A stretch of DNA of 34,353 nucleotides, taken from Cyclobacteriaceae bacterium. Its GTDB lineage: Bacteria; Bacteroidota; Bacteroidia; Cytophagales; Cyclobacteriaceae. The translations under genes and the position numbers were made by a program. The notes below the pieces were generated by a model. It searched no databases. It saw nothing but the letters and a program-made list of their open reading frames with translations, and had not been told where the DNA came from. Shown piece after piece: positions 8,647 to 18,328 of this stretch; positions within the stretch are counted from its first letter, which is position 1; each line of letters opens with the position of its first letter. The stretch spans positions 1 through 34,353 of the forward strand of contig JBMSPY010000001.1 in assembly GCA_049423005.1 (NCBI GenBank), in the 5' to 3' direction.

Positions 8647-11091
8647 TTACTTAAACAATACGAAGTCAGGATTTCTTCCTTCGAGCGTAGGCGTTTGTTC
8701 AATGCCGTGCAACCGACGGGCCCAATAAGGTACTCCGCGCACATTATCGGAAAGAACCTGATGAATTTCGCGAAGCGAAACCGATCCATCTCCATTTTTA
8801 TCTGAAATCGTTTTATCCTGCAGGGATTTCAAAAAGAAATACGTAAACAAGCCATGGCCCTTATCGTTGTACCACGATGAAACCTGGGAACCAGAAGAAG
8901 AACCCAGCACATTTATATTGTCTGGACGCGTCGCAGCTTGTGCTTTAATTACAATCGGACTAATATTTGAAAATACATTAGCGCCTGAAAAGCAGGCGTC
9001 CAAAACAACCGTAACACTTTTTGCCGGAAGCTTTCCAAGATTTTTATAAAAGACATTGCTATCAAATCCACTAATCTCCACATAATTTGGATCGCACTCT
9101 ACAGGAACAAAATAACCTTTCTGATCCTTTAATCCAGGTGCTCCATGTCCACTGTAGAAAACAAACACATCCGAAAAGCCTGGCATAACTGTATTGAAAA
9201 GTTTTCCCTTTTCATTCATTTCGGTGCCAAACAACATTTCGAATTGCCCCTTAGTCGCGTTTTCATAATAAAGAATATTACCTTCCTGGAATCCAAGTGA
9301 ATTGATCAGATACTCTTTTACAATGCGCGCATCGTTAATGGCAAAATCGACTGACTTGGTGCTGGTGTAATCACGATTGCCAATCACTACAGCAATGGCA
9401 TCGGGTCTTTGAATGCTGCCCTTTGGAATGTTGATGTCAACATCCGAAATAACTTTTTTATCTCCAGGTAACTGCGGCGACTTAGTTTCAATCCGGCTTA
9501 ATGTCTGGGCCTCCGACCGATGAATGGTAAATGTGAATTCAGAGAAATTATTTTTTGTATCAGATGCTCTAATCACTATTCGATTATCACCAATACCGAG
9601 TCGTACCAGAGCTTCAAAATTAGAGTTTTCATGTATGGTAGCTTCTTCACCATTTACAGAAACTTCAAATAAACCACTTCCATCATATGCACGACCTTTT
9701 ACCAGTATCTGTTTATTCGATTCTTCTACACGGCCATCGATGGCGACCTCGGGCTCAAAGAGTGTTATGGTTGGCCCTGCCTTATCCCCTTGCTGCTTGC
9801 GTAGGTAGGCAATGCGAATGTTATCAAAACGGGCCACGGCATTTTGGTTGGATTGCATAGAGAGCCGTTGACCAAAAAAGGATTCAAAAGGTTGTTGATG
9901 TACCAGAACCTTGTTTATAAAAAAAGAGTAGTAGCTGCCTACTTTTCGAATGGTAAGGAGATTGTAGTTCTGAGTATTAATGAGACTTGATTCGGTCCAC
10001 TCCTTCCAGCTCACCCAATTTCCATTGTATTTCCAGATGGAAAATTGTCCATTTCGGGTAATTCCAAACATGAAACGATTATCTCCGTCATTCGACTTAC
10101 CCCAAGAAAGACTGTTTCCGTTGTCGTCTTCTCCGGAAACCGGATAAACGGAAATTTCAATTTCAAAATCTCTGGTATCATCGATAAAAAATCCCTTATC
10201 GGAATTAAAGTTCATGGTCGTATAACTGCCCGTACAGATGGATTCAAGCTGTAGGAATCCAGGTTGATAATCAAAGATGCGGCAATTGTCGTCACGTCCT
10301 TCATACCAGCCATAAGTGTTGGTAGAGAAATCATCTGAAAAAATAATTTCTTTGTCCACTGTTGAAAAATCGTTATAAGAAGACTCTCCAATAGTACTCA
10401 CCACGATAGGTGGCTCATATTTTTTTACCGGCTCAGACTTGCGGATGTAGCGGATGTGAATATTATCGAAACGACCAATTGAATTTTGATTGCACTGCAT
10501 CGAAAGCCGCTGACCAAAAAAAGATTCGAATGGAGCATTGTGAACCAAACTTTCATTTATAAAGAAATAATACTGGAAGTTGACTTTTCGTATGGTTAGC
10601 TTGTTGTAGCCTGTTGTATTAATAACAGAAGAGGTCGTCCAGTCCTTCAGGTAAGACCAAGCGCCATTGGAATATTTTGAGATGATGAATTGCCCGTTCC
10701 TGGAAATCCCAAACGAATACCGATCATCCTTCTTGGCATCCTTTCCCCAACCAAGGGAATGGCTGTTGTTATCTTCTCCCGAATAGGGATAAATAGAAAT
10801 CTCAATTTCAAAATCACGCGAAGTGTCAATGGTAAAACCGCTATTGTTATTGAAATTCATCGTGGTATAATCACCTGTACATTTGGATTGTAATTCCAAA
10901 TAGCCTAGTTGCACGTCATAAATCCTGCAATTCTCATCTGTACCCTCATACCAACCATAATCGTTCGATAAAAACTCCTCAGTGAAAATGGCTGCATCAT
11001 AACTGGGTACATAATCCGAATAGGCATTCTGACCATAACTACCGGTCCATGAAACCAGGAACAACACGACAACCAGGGTAAAATTCCTCAT
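8647..11091 (-). CDS. Exported caspase-family (peptidase C14) protein with two tandem lectin-like beta-sandwich domains and an Ig-like domain
   Basis: Signal peptide from ATG 11091 (MRNFTLVVVLFLVSWTGSYG). C14 motifs AVVIGNRDY, FAINDA, FYSGHG (His codon 9145-9147), VLDACFSG (Cys codon 8992-8994), GHGLFTYFFL and terminal QTP. 814 aa. The track's 45-aa N-extension lies upstream of the promoter. Confidence 0.85.
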   Translation of the reverse strand: MRNFTLVVVLFLVSWTGSYGQNAYSDYVPSYDAAIFTEEFLSNDYGWYEGTDENCRIYDVQLGYLELQSKCTGDYTTMNFNNNSGFTIDTSRDFEIEISIYPYSGEDNNSHSLGWGKDAKKDDRYSFGISRNGQFIISKYSNGAWSYLKDWTTSSVINTTGYNKLTIRKVNFQYYFFINESLVHNAPFESFFGQRLSMQCNQNSIGRFDNIHIRYIRKSEPVKKYEPPIVVSTIGESSYNDFSTVDKEIIFSDDFSTNTYGWYEGRDDNCRIFDYQPGFLQLESICTGSYTTMNFNSDKGFFIDDTRDFEIEISVYPVSGEDDNGNSLSWGKSNDGDNRFMFGITRNGQFSIWKYNGNWVSWKEWTESSLINTQNYNLLTIRKVGSYYSFFINKVLVHQQPFESFFGQRLSMQSNQNAVARFDNIRIAYLRKQQGDKAGPTITLFEPEVAIDGRVEESNKQILVKGRAYDGSGLFEVSVNGEEATIHENSNFEALVRLGIGDNRIVIRASDTKNNFSEFTFTIHRSEAQTLSRIETKSPQLPGDKKVISDVDINIPKGSIQRPDAIAVVIGNRDYTSTKSVDFAINDARIVKEYLINSLGFQEGNILYYENATKGQFEMLFGTEMNEKGKLFNTVMPGFSDVFVFYSGHGAPGLKDQKGYFVPVECDPNYVEISGFDSNVFYKNLGKLPAKSVTVVLDACFSGANVFSNISPIVIKAQAATRPDNINVLGSSSGSQVSSWYNDKGHGLFTYFFLKSLQDKTISDKNGDGSVSLREIHQVLSDNVRGVPYWARRLHGIEQTPTLEGRNPDFVLFK
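9796..10344 (-). repeat. Intragenic domain repeat, copy 2 (183 aa)
   Basis: IFSDDF...YLRK aligns with copy 1 with a single 1-aa gap. Confidence 0.95.
10438..10989 (-). repeat. Intragenic domain repeat, copy 1 (184 aa)
   Basis: IFTEEF...YIRK. Hand alignment gives about 120/184 identities (~65%) to copy 2. Period 645 nt. Confidence 0.95.
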
Positions 11092-11115
11092 ACAGCGATC
11101 AGGATTAAATGAATG

Positions 11116-11123
11116 CAAACCTA
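11116..11123 (-). promoter_or_regulatory. -7 element (TAGGTTTG) for the caspase gene
   Basis: Exact TAnnTTTG on the minus strand, 24 nt upstream of ATG 11091. Confidence 0.6.
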
Positions 11124-11222
11124 AAGGTAAAAAATACCATTCTTTAAAGGAACGGCGACATCCTGAAGCTTTGGAAGCTTCAAAAATCAACAAATCAATG
11201 GTGTTCCAGCTGATGCAAGACC

Positions 11223-12641
11223 TCACATATGCAAGGGCCTATTGGCCGTGGCGGCAAGGCAGGCTTCCTTAAAGGCTTCCATATAGGTTGGATGTGCATG
11301 CGACATTCTGGATACATCTTCTGCGGAAGCACGGTATTCCATAGCCACCACAGCGGCTGCAATCATATCGGCAGCCCGGGCGCCGATAATGTGAACACCA
11401 AGAATTTCATCTGTCTTTTCATCAGCTAAAACCTTTACCAGTCCATCTAAATCCATAGAGGCCCTTGCTCTGCCGAGCGCTTTATATGGAAAACTTCCAG
11501 ACTTAACCTTTATACCAGCTGTCTTCAATTGTTCTTCTGTTCTGCCAACACTAGCCACTTCAGGCCAGGTGTACACTACACCAGGTATCAAATTATAATT
11601 GATGTGAGGCTTTTGACCAGCGATCTGTTCGGCAACCATTACGCCTTCTTCTTCGGCTTTGTGCGCTAACATAGCCCCGCGTACCACATCACCTATCGCG
11701 TAAATATTTTCAACCGTTGTTTTCAAATGATCATCTACTGGTATCTGACCTTTCACAGGTTGGATACCGATGTTTTCCAAACCAAGACCATCTGTAAAAG
11801 GACGACGACCGATTGAAACCAGGCAATAATCGCCCGATAATTCTAATTTTTTTCCAGCCTTATCTTCAGCAGTTAACGAAACCTGTGCACCTGAGTTCAC
11901 CACAGAAGTGACCTTATGACCCAGGTAAAAATCCATGCCTAACTTCTTGAGTGATTTCTGCAGCTCCTTACCCATGGTTCCATCCATGGTTGGGATAATG
12001 GAATCTAAAAATTCTACTACGGATACTTTACTACCCAGTCGCGCATAAACAGATCCCAATTCCATCCCAATTACTCCTCCACCAACAACAATCAAATGTT
12101 TTGGGATTTCTTTCATTTCCAATGCTTCTGTACTGGAGATGATTCGTTTTTTATCGAATGGAGCAAACGGAAGTGGCGTTGGCTTTGATCCTGTTGCAAT
12201 GATGATTTTATCGGAAGTGAGATTCTTTACGGAACCATCACTGGCCGTTACTTTCACCGTATGCTTATCCACAAAAGATCCTGTACCGGTATGAATATCA
12301 ATTTTATTTTTCTTCATCAAGAAGGCAATACCATCGACATTTGATTTGACGACCTCAGCCTTTCGCTTAATCATTTGGGAAAGATTCGCCTTCGGGGCGT
12401 TGATCTCAATTCCATGTTGAGCAAAATGGTGCGCCGCATTGTGAAAATGCTCACTGGAATCGAGCATAGCCTTCGACGGTATGCATCCCACATTCAGACA
12501 GGTGCCGCCAAGAGTCGGATACTTTTCAATTATTGCCGTCTTCATTCCGAGTTGAGCACAACGGATAGCAGCTACGTATCCGCCAGGACCAGAGCCGATG
12601 ACAACTACCTGATATTGATTCGCCATAAAAAGTGTATTCAA
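11223..12641 (-). CDS. lpdA: Dihydrolipoamide dehydrogenase (E3)
   Basis: GSGPGGY FAD motif, GGTCLNVGCIPSK redox disulfide, GGGVIG and HAHPT. The start could instead be the second Met (MANQY, 12626). Confidence 0.97.
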   Translation of the reverse strand: MNTLFMANQYQVVVIGSGPGGYVAAIRCAQLGMKTAIIEKYPTLGGTCLNVGCIPSKAMLDSSEHFHNAAHHFAQHGIEINAPKANLSQMIKRKAEVVKSNVDGIAFLMKKNKIDIHTGTGSFVDKHTVKVTASDGSVKNLTSDKIIIATGSKPTPLPFAPFDKKRIISSTEALEMKEIPKHLIVVGGGVIGMELGSVYARLGSKVSVVEFLDSIIPTMDGTMGKELQKSLKKLGMDFYLGHKVTSVVNSGAQVSLTAEDKAGKKLELSGDYCLVSIGRRPFTDGLGLENIGIQPVKGQIPVDDHLKTTVENIYAIGDVVRGAMLAHKAEEEGVMVAEQIAGQKPHINYNLIPGVVYTWPEVASVGRTEEQLKTAGIKVKSGSFPYKALGRARASMDLDGLVKVLADEKTDEILGVHIIGARAADMIAAAVVAMEYRASAEDVSRMSHAHPTYMEAFKEACLAATANRPLHM

Positions 12642-12644
12642 AAA

Positions 12645-14147
12645 TTAAATTCCAAGGATCAATCTTCCCGGATCTTCCAACAATTCTTTCACCCTTACCA
12701 GGAAGCTCACCGATTCACGACCATCCACAATACGGTGATCGTAGGAAAGCGCCAGGTACATCACCGGACGAATTACAATCTGACCATCCTTAACTACCGG
12801 ACGCTCCACAATATTGTGCATACCCAGAATGGCCGATTGCGGCGGGTTGAGAATCGGTGTAGAAAGCATCGATCCAAATACTCCGCCATTGGTAATGGAG
12901 AAGGTTCCGCCCGTCATTTCCTCAATAGAAAGTTTTCCTTCACGACCACGGGCAGCCAGTCGGGCAATTTCGGATTCAATCTGATCAAAACTCAACAACT
13001 CTGCATTTCGGATAACCGGCACAACCAATCCACGGGGAGTTGAAACAGCAATGGAAACATCACAATAGTCATGATAAATGATCTCATCGCCGTTGATCTG
13101 TGCATTCACAGCCGGCCATTCGCGCAGGGCTTGACAAACCGCCTTTGTGAAAAACGACATAAAACCCAGACCAACGCCATACTTCTCTTTGAACTTATCC
13201 TTGTATTTGGCACGCATGTCCATAACCGGCTTCATGTCCACCTCATTAAAGGTGGTGAGCATAGCGGTTTCGTTTTTCACGGAAACCAGTCTCTTGGAAA
13301 TGGTTTTTCTGAGGGAAGTCATTTTTTCGGCGCGCTTGCCTCGACCACCTGCAACAACAGGTGCAGCAGCAGCTGGTGCCTTAGAGGCCTCTGCAGGTTT
13401 TGATGCAGGAGCCTGAGCACGTACAGCATCTTCTTTAGTAATCCGACCGCCTGTTCCTGTACCTGCTACGGACGATGCGGGAATTCCCTTTTCATCTAAA
13501 ATTTTAGCGGCCGCAGGCGATGGATGACCTTGTGCATATGCTGCATTGGTATCCGATTTAGCGGGCACTTCTGATTTTGCAGTGGCAGCAGTGGCAGCAA
13601 CAGCGCCATCAGTTACCTCAATTCGACAAATCAGTCCACCGATAGGTAATGTTGATTTTTCCGGGGCCACTATGCGTAAAATACCTGTTGCCTCAGCTGG
13701 CAATTCAAAAGTGGCTTTTTCAGACTCAACCTCTGCAATCACTTCATCCAATCGGACGAGATCACCATCTTTTTTCAACCAATTTGAAATGGTGACTTCT
13801 GTGATGGATTCGCCTACTGCAGGTACTTTCATTTCTTTCACAACACCTGTTGGTGCAGGTGCCTTTTCAACCGCCGGAGCAACTGGTGCAGGCGCAGAGG
13901 GAACTGCATTGACTGATTCTTCAATTTCACAGACAATCTCTCCGATGGGCACAGAGTCACCTTTTTGTTTTTTGACAATCAGCTTTCCGGCAGCAGGAGC
14001 CGTGAGCTCAAAAGTTGCTTTTTCAGACTCGAGTTCAGCGATCACTTCGTCCATACGGACCATGTCGCCGTTCTGACGGATCCAGTTGGCAATGGTTACC
14101 TCGGTGATGGACTCTCCAACAGAAGGTACTTTAACAGATATAGCCAT
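12645..14147 (-). CDS. sucB: 2-oxoglutarate dehydrogenase E2 (dihydrolipoyl succinyltransferase) with two lipoyl domains
   Basis: Two VP(S/A)VGESITE...ESEKATFEL lipoyl domains, E3-binding SPAA...[23 protein letters not shown] and catalytic YDHRIVDG. Confidence 0.96.
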   Translation of the reverse strand: MAISVKVPSVGESITEVTIANWIRQNGDMVRMDEVIAELESEKATFELTAPAAGKLIVKKQKGDSVPIGEIVCEIEESVNAVPSAPAPVAPAVEKAPAPTGVVKEMKVPAVGESITEVTISNWLKKDGDLVRLDEVIAEVESEKATFELPAEATGILRIVAPEKSTLPIGGLICRIEVTDGAVAATAATAKSEVPAKSDTNAAYAQGHPSPAAAKILDEKGIPASSVAGTGTGGRITKEDAVRAQAPASKPAEASKAPAAAAPVVAGGRGKRAEKMTSLRKTISKRLVSVKNETAMLTTFNEVDMKPVMDMRAKYKDKFKEKYGVGLGFMSFFTKAVCQALREWPAVNAQINGDEIIYHDYCDVSIAVSTPRGLVVPVIRNAELLSFDQIESEIARLAARGREGKLSIEEMTGGTFSITNGGVFGSMLSTPILNPPQSAILGMHNIVERPVVKDGQIVIRPVMYLALSYDHRIVDGRESVSFLVRVKELLEDPGRLILGI

Positions 14148-14166
14148 ATTCCAGTTGTTTCAGGGA

Positions 14167-16890
14167 TTAAATTCCGAGTGCGTCGTTAATGATTCTTTCC
14201 TGTTCCATTTTATGAACCTTGTTGTATCCGGTTGCTGGCGAAGCACTGGCTTTGCGTGAAACCAGTTTCATTTTCACCTCGGGCAACATCCGAACCATAA
14301 ATGACCAGTAGCCCATGTTCAGCGGCTCCTCCTGTGCCCAGACAATTTCAGCACCCTTATACTTTTTAAAGATGCCGTTAACTTGATTTTCAGGGAATGG
14401 GAAAAGCTGCTCTATACGGACGATCGCAACATGTTTCAACTTTTTCTTTTGCTGAACCTCCTGCAATTCGTAAAACAGCTTGCCAGTACATAAAATCAAG
14501 CGGGTAACCTTTTCATTTCCTGCATTTGGATCATCGATTACCTCCCTGAAGATTCCATCCGTAAATTCTTTAATTGGCGAAACTACACCCGGATGTCGGA
14601 GCAGCGACTTCGGAGAGAACAGCACCGCAGGTTTGCGGAACTCCCATTTCACCTGTCGGCGCAGCATGTGGAACAGGTTTGCCGAGGTGGTGAGGTTTAG
14701 CACCACCATGTTGTATTCTGCCGACAACTGAAGGAAACGCTCCGGACGGCAACTGCTGTGCTCCGGACCTTGTCCTTCATAGCCGTGAGGCAACATCAAA
14801 ACCATTCCGTTTTGTCTTTGCCATTTGGATTCAGAGCTAGAAAGAAACTGGTCAATCATTACCTGAGCGCCATTGGCAAAATCACCAAACTGTGCTTCCC
14901 AGATCACCAGGGCTTGAGGAGTAGCCATCGCATAGCCATATTCAAATCCCAGTACACCGTATTCCGAAAGGAGTGAATTATAAATATGGAATTTGGCCTT
15001 GCTCTTATCCAGATCATTCAAGCCACAATACATTTCATTCGTGTTCGAATCCCAGAAACAGGCGTGGCGGTGCGAAAATGTACCACGCTTTACATCCTGT
15101 CCGGTTATACGTACAGGATGGCCCTCTGCCAGAAGGGAACCATAAGCCAACAATTCAGCTTCCGCCCAACCGAGTGCTTTCTCCTCAAAAAAGGAAGCTT
15201 TGCGGTCTTTAAGAAGCTTTTCGATTTGCTTGATCGGCTTAAAGTTTTCCGGGATAGTTGTTAGCGCCTTTCCAACAGAATCAATGACTGAAGGAGTGAC
15301 GCCTGTCTTAGGTGATTTCTCAAAATCTGCCGGCACGGCAAAACGAAGTTGCTGCCACTCCTCCTCAATCTTTTGTGTTTTGTATGGGAGTGGCTTTTGT
15401 TTGATCTCATTAAGACGGTCCTGCAGCAATTGGCGGAACTTTTGTTCCATTTCATCAGCGAGGGCTGCATCAATTCCACTTGCTGTAAGTTTTTTCAAAT
15501 AAACTTCACGCGGATTGGGGTGTTTAGCAATGATGTTGTAGAGCTTGGGCTGAGTAAACTTAGGCTCGTCGCTTTCATTGTGTCCGTGACGACGGTAGCA
15601 GAGCATGTCGATGAAAATATCTTTTCCGAATCGCTGACGGTATTCCAGAGCCAGGTTGGCGCAGAAAGTCACTCCCTCTGCATCGTCACCATTTACATGG
15701 AGAATCGGTGCATCAACAATTTTTGAAACATCCGTACAATAAATAGAAGTACGAGCATCTTCAAAATCCGTTGTGAATCCGACCTGGTTGTTGATCACAA
15801 AGTGAATCGTGCCTCCGGTGGTATAACCGGGAAGGCCGGACATTTGAACAATTTCATAAACAATTCCCTGTCCGGCAATGGCGGCATCACCATGAATCAG
15901 AATGGCCATGGCCTTACGCAATTCTCCTTTATACTCGTCGTCAATCTGTCCACGAGTATAACCAAGTACCAGAGGATCCACCGCTTCCAGATGCGAAGGA
16001 TTGGGAGTTAGTTTCACATAAATTTTCTTTCCGGACGGTGTTTTGATTTGTGAAGCGTAGCCAAGGTGGTACTTCACATCGCCATCACCCATAGTCAGGT
16101 CAGGGTTGACATTGCCTTCAAATTCGGTGAAGATTTGTTCGTAGGTTTTTTCCAGGATGTTGGAGAGTACATTCAGGCGACCGCGATGGGCCATACCAAT
16201 CACCACTTCTTTCACGTCCATTTCAGCAGCCTTATCTATAATCTTTTGCAAGGCTGGTATGGTATTTTCACCGCCTTCCAGAGAAAATCTTTTTTGACCA
16301 AGGAATTTAGTGTGCAGAAAGTTTTCAAAAACAACCGCTTCATTCAGTTTAGAGAGAATGGACTTCTTTTCGTCAAAGGAAGGATTGTGCTGATAATATT
16401 CTTGCTCACATTTTTTAAAGAACCATTCTCTGACTTCATCATTACGGATGAAGTTGTATTCAAAACCGACCGTACCAACGTAGACCTTCTGAAGTTTTTC
16501 AATGATTTTTCGAAGGGTGGAACGCCCCATTCCGATTTCGCGGCCCACATCAAATTCAACATCCAGGTCGGCATCGGAAAGTCCGAAGCTTTTCAACTCA
16601 AAGTTTACGTGGTGGTTGCGTCGCTCGCGTACCGGGTTCGTGTTGGCTTTTAGGTGGCCAAAAGATCGGTAGGCAAAAATAAGGTTACGAACCTGGGTTT
16701 CCTTTAGCGATAAGCCATCTGAGGCCGAAGCGGAAGGCCCATCCTCGCCGAAGCGCTGAAGGGAAAATTCGTACCCCTCAAAAAATTTCTGCCAGGTGGC
16801 ATCAACCGAAGACGGATCAGATTTGTAGGATTGATACAACTGGTCCACATATCCGGGATCAGCGTTTAAGATGAAGGAGAATTTATCCAT
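14167..16890 (-). CDS. sucA: 2-oxoglutarate dehydrogenase E1
   Basis: GQKRFSLEG, GMAHRGRLNVL, GDVKYHLG, NPSHLE, HGDAA, RRHGHNESDEP, WEAQFGDFANGAQ and LPHGYEGQGPEHSS. Confidence 0.98.
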   Translation of the reverse strand: MDKFSFILNADPGYVDQLYQSYKSDPSSVDATWQKFFEGYEFSLQRFGEDGPSASASDGLSLKETQVRNLIFAYRSFGHLKANTNPVRERRNHHVNFELKSFGLSDADLDVEFDVGREIGMGRSTLRKIIEKLQKVYVGTVGFEYNFIRNDEVREWFFKKCEQEYYQHNPSFDEKKSILSKLNEAVVFENFLHTKFLGQKRFSLEGGENTIPALQKIIDKAAEMDVKEVVIGMAHRGRLNVLSNILEKTYEQIFTEFEGNVNPDLTMGDGDVKYHLGYASQIKTPSGKKIYVKLTPNPSHLEAVDPLVLGYTRGQIDDEYKGELRKAMAILIHGDAAIAGQGIVYEIVQMSGLPGYTTGGTIHFVINNQVGFTTDFEDARTSIYCTDVSKIVDAPILHVNGDDAEGVTFCANLALEYRQRFGKDIFIDMLCYRRHGHNESDEPKFTQPKLYNIIAKHPNPREVYLKKLTASGIDAALADEMEQKFRQLLQDRLNEIKQKPLPYKTQKIEEEWQQLRFAVPADFEKSPKTGVTPSVIDSVGKALTTIPENFKPIKQIEKLLKDRKASFFEEKALGWAEAELLAYGSLLAEGHPVRITGQDVKRGTFSHRHACFWDSNTNEMYCGLNDLDKSKAKFHIYNSLLSEYGVLGFEYGYAMATPQALVIWEAQFGDFANGAQVMIDQFLSSSESKWQRQNGMVLMLPHGYEGQGPEHSSCRPERFLQLSAEYNMVVLNLTTSANLFHMLRRQVKWEFRKPAVLFSPKSLLRHPGVVSPIKEFTDGIFREVIDDPNAGNEKVTRLILCTGKLFYELQEVQQKKKLKHVAIVRIEQLFPFPENQVNGIFKKYKGAEIVWAQEEPLNMGYWSFMVRMLPEVKMKLVSRKASASPATGYNKVHKMEQERIINDALGI

Positions 16891-16909
16891 GGATTTTCCA
16901 AAAAGTCTG

Positions 16910-16917
16910 TAAAGCTA
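16910..16917 (-). promoter_or_regulatory. Variant -7 element (TAGCTTTA) for sucA-sucB-lpdA
   Basis: 7/8 match to TAnnTTTG, 19 nt upstream of the sucA ATG. Confidence 0.45.
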
Positions 16918-17104
16918 ATCAGGGATAGGTTTATGTAAAAACCTAATATCCGCTTATACAGATATTGTGATTTTTTCAGAAAATCAAATGAACATAAGCA
17001 CAGTGTAATTAACCGGAGTTACATCCAAAAGCACAAAATCAAGGTAAAATAGCCTTTTTTTAGGCTTATCGTTCAATTTATATGGCTTTGCATTAGGGTT
17101 AATC

Positions 17105-17134
17105 TTGTTGGATTACCGAATTATCCTAGCTTTG
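17105..17134 (+). promoter_or_regulatory. rpsP promoter: -33 TTG (17105-17107) and -7 TAGCTTTG (17127-17134)
   Basis: Exact -7 box, with TTG at 19-nt spacing. Confidence 0.7.
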
Positions 17135-17181
17135 CAGTCCTTTAAAAACCGGACGAGATCCAACATTTAAAAACTTAAAAA

Positions 17182-17715
17182 ATGGTAAAAATTCGTTTGG
17201 CCCGCCGCGGCCGTAAAAAGCTGGCCATGTTTGATGTAGTGGTAACCGATACCCGCTCTCCCCGAGACGGAAAGTTCATTGAGAAACTCGGTACCTACAA
17301 CCCCCTCACTAATCCTGCAACCATTGAATTGAGCGATGAAAAAGCTTTTGAATGGTTGATGAAAGGTGCTCAGCCTTCCGATACGGTAGGAAGAATTCTC
17401 TCGTATCGTGGTGTGCTTCTTCGCAAGCATCTTCAGATTGGAGTAGTTAAAGGTGCAATAACTCAGGAACAGGCTGACGCGAAACTAGACGCCTGGAAAA
17501 AAGAAAAAGAAGCCAAGATTCAAACTAAAGTGGAGCGTTTGTCTAAGGACAAGCAGGCTTCAGTTAAAGCTCGTAAGGAAGCGGAAACCAAGGTACGTGA
17601 AGCACGTGCCGAAGCGATTCGCAAGAAGCAGGAAGCCGCTGCAAGTGAAGCTCCAGCAGCGACTGAGGAGGCTTCCGAGGCTACCGCTCCAGAGGCTCCT
17701 GCATCGGAGGCATAA
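17182..17715 (+). CDS. rpsP: 30S ribosomal protein S16 with Bacteroidota-type C-terminal extension
   Basis: MVKIRLARRGRKK, DTRSPRDGKFIEKLGTYNP, WLMKGAQPSDTV and a K/E/A-rich tail. Confidence 0.98.
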   Translation: MVKIRLARRGRKKLAMFDVVVTDTRSPRDGKFIEKLGTYNPLTNPATIELSDEKAFEWLMKGAQPSDTVGRILSYRGVLLRKHLQIGVVKGAITQEQADAKLDAWKKEKEAKIQTKVERLSKDKQASVKARKEAETKVREARAEAIRKKQEAAASEAPAATEEASEATAPEAPASEA

Positions 17716-17742
17716 TTACCGTAATCAATTCTCTTAAAATAT

Positions 17743-17770
17743 TGCCGGTTTCAAAGCCGGCATTTTTTTT
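17743..17770 (+). terminator. Intrinsic terminator between rpsP and rimM
   Basis: Hairpin TGCCGGTTT-C-AAAGCCGGCA (GC-rich stem, one G-U pair) followed by T8. Confidence 0.8.
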
Positions 17771-17780
17771 AGCTGACTGA

Positions 17781-18287
17781 ATGACCCCGAAAAACATCTT
17801 CAAAGCGGGCTATGTGGCTAAAGCACACGGCTTGAAGGGAGAAATTACCGTCAACCTTTTCCGTGTAGAACTGCCTGAAAAGGTAAAGGTGGCCTTCTTT
17901 GAATTGGATGGTGAGTTTAAAAAATTCGAGGTTGAAGCGTTTTCTGCCCGTCCAGATAAGGCCTTCATCAAGTTGGCAGGAGTGGATTCGATTGATGCCG
18001 CGACCGCACTTCGCGGACATCAGGTGTACTTCAAAATTCCTGGACCCTCTTCCTCCAGTGAAGCGTTTTATGCCGAAGAAATAATTGGGTTTACAGTAGA
18101 GGATAAACAAGCGGGAAAAATTGGATTGGTCACGGGCGTTTCGGGGATTCCCGAAAATCGTTTGATTGAAATAGCCGGCGATTCCGGAGAGATCCTGTTA
18201 CCTCTAAACAGTCCCTTTTTCATCCAATTGGATAAGCAAAAGAAGTGGCTACAGGTAGATCTGCCTGAGGGCTATCTCTCTATTTAA
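17781..18287 (+). CDS. rimM: Ribosome maturation factor RimM
   Basis: GYVAKAHGLKGE, IKLAGVDSIDAATALRG and a PRC-barrel ending VDLPEGYL. Follows rpsP. Confidence 0.92.
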   Translation: MTPKNIFKAGYVAKAHGLKGEITVNLFRVELPEKVKVAFFELDGEFKKFEVEAFSARPDKAFIKLAGVDSIDAATALRGHQVYFKIPGPSSSSEAFYAEEIIGFTVEDKQAGKIGLVTGVSGIPENRLIEIAGDSGEILLPLNSPFFIQLDKQKKWLQVDLPEGYLSI

Positions 18288-18298
18288 ATCTATCAGGG

Positions 18299-18328
18299 TT
18301 GTTCGAGGATAATTTAAAATTATCTTTA
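18299..18328 (+). promoter_or_regulatory. Probable promoter: TTG (18299-18301) and variant -7 TATCTTTA (18321-18328)
   Basis: 19-nt spacing as at rpsP. 7/8 match to the -7 box, 4 nt before GTG 18333. Confidence 0.45.

Noticed and set aside
8647-9400. Caspase as part of an anti-phage gasdermin or CRISPR-linked system
   Set aside because: No gasdermin, NLR/STAND, TIR or Cas gene is nearby, and the protein has an export signal.
11092-11226. 45-aa N-terminal extension of the caspase ORF overlapping the lpdA stop
   Set aside because: It contains the -7 box and the dyad. The signal peptide begins only at ATG 11091.
12375-16653. Long plus-strand ORFs (222, 176, 125 and 195 aa) opposite lpdA, sucB and sucA
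   Set aside because: These are antisense shadows of highly conserved, codon-biased genes, with no motifs or promoters.
17500-17715. Ala/Glu/Lys-rich repetitive tail of S16
   Set aside because: An ordinary low-complexity extension typical of Bacteroidota S16, not a DNA repeat element.
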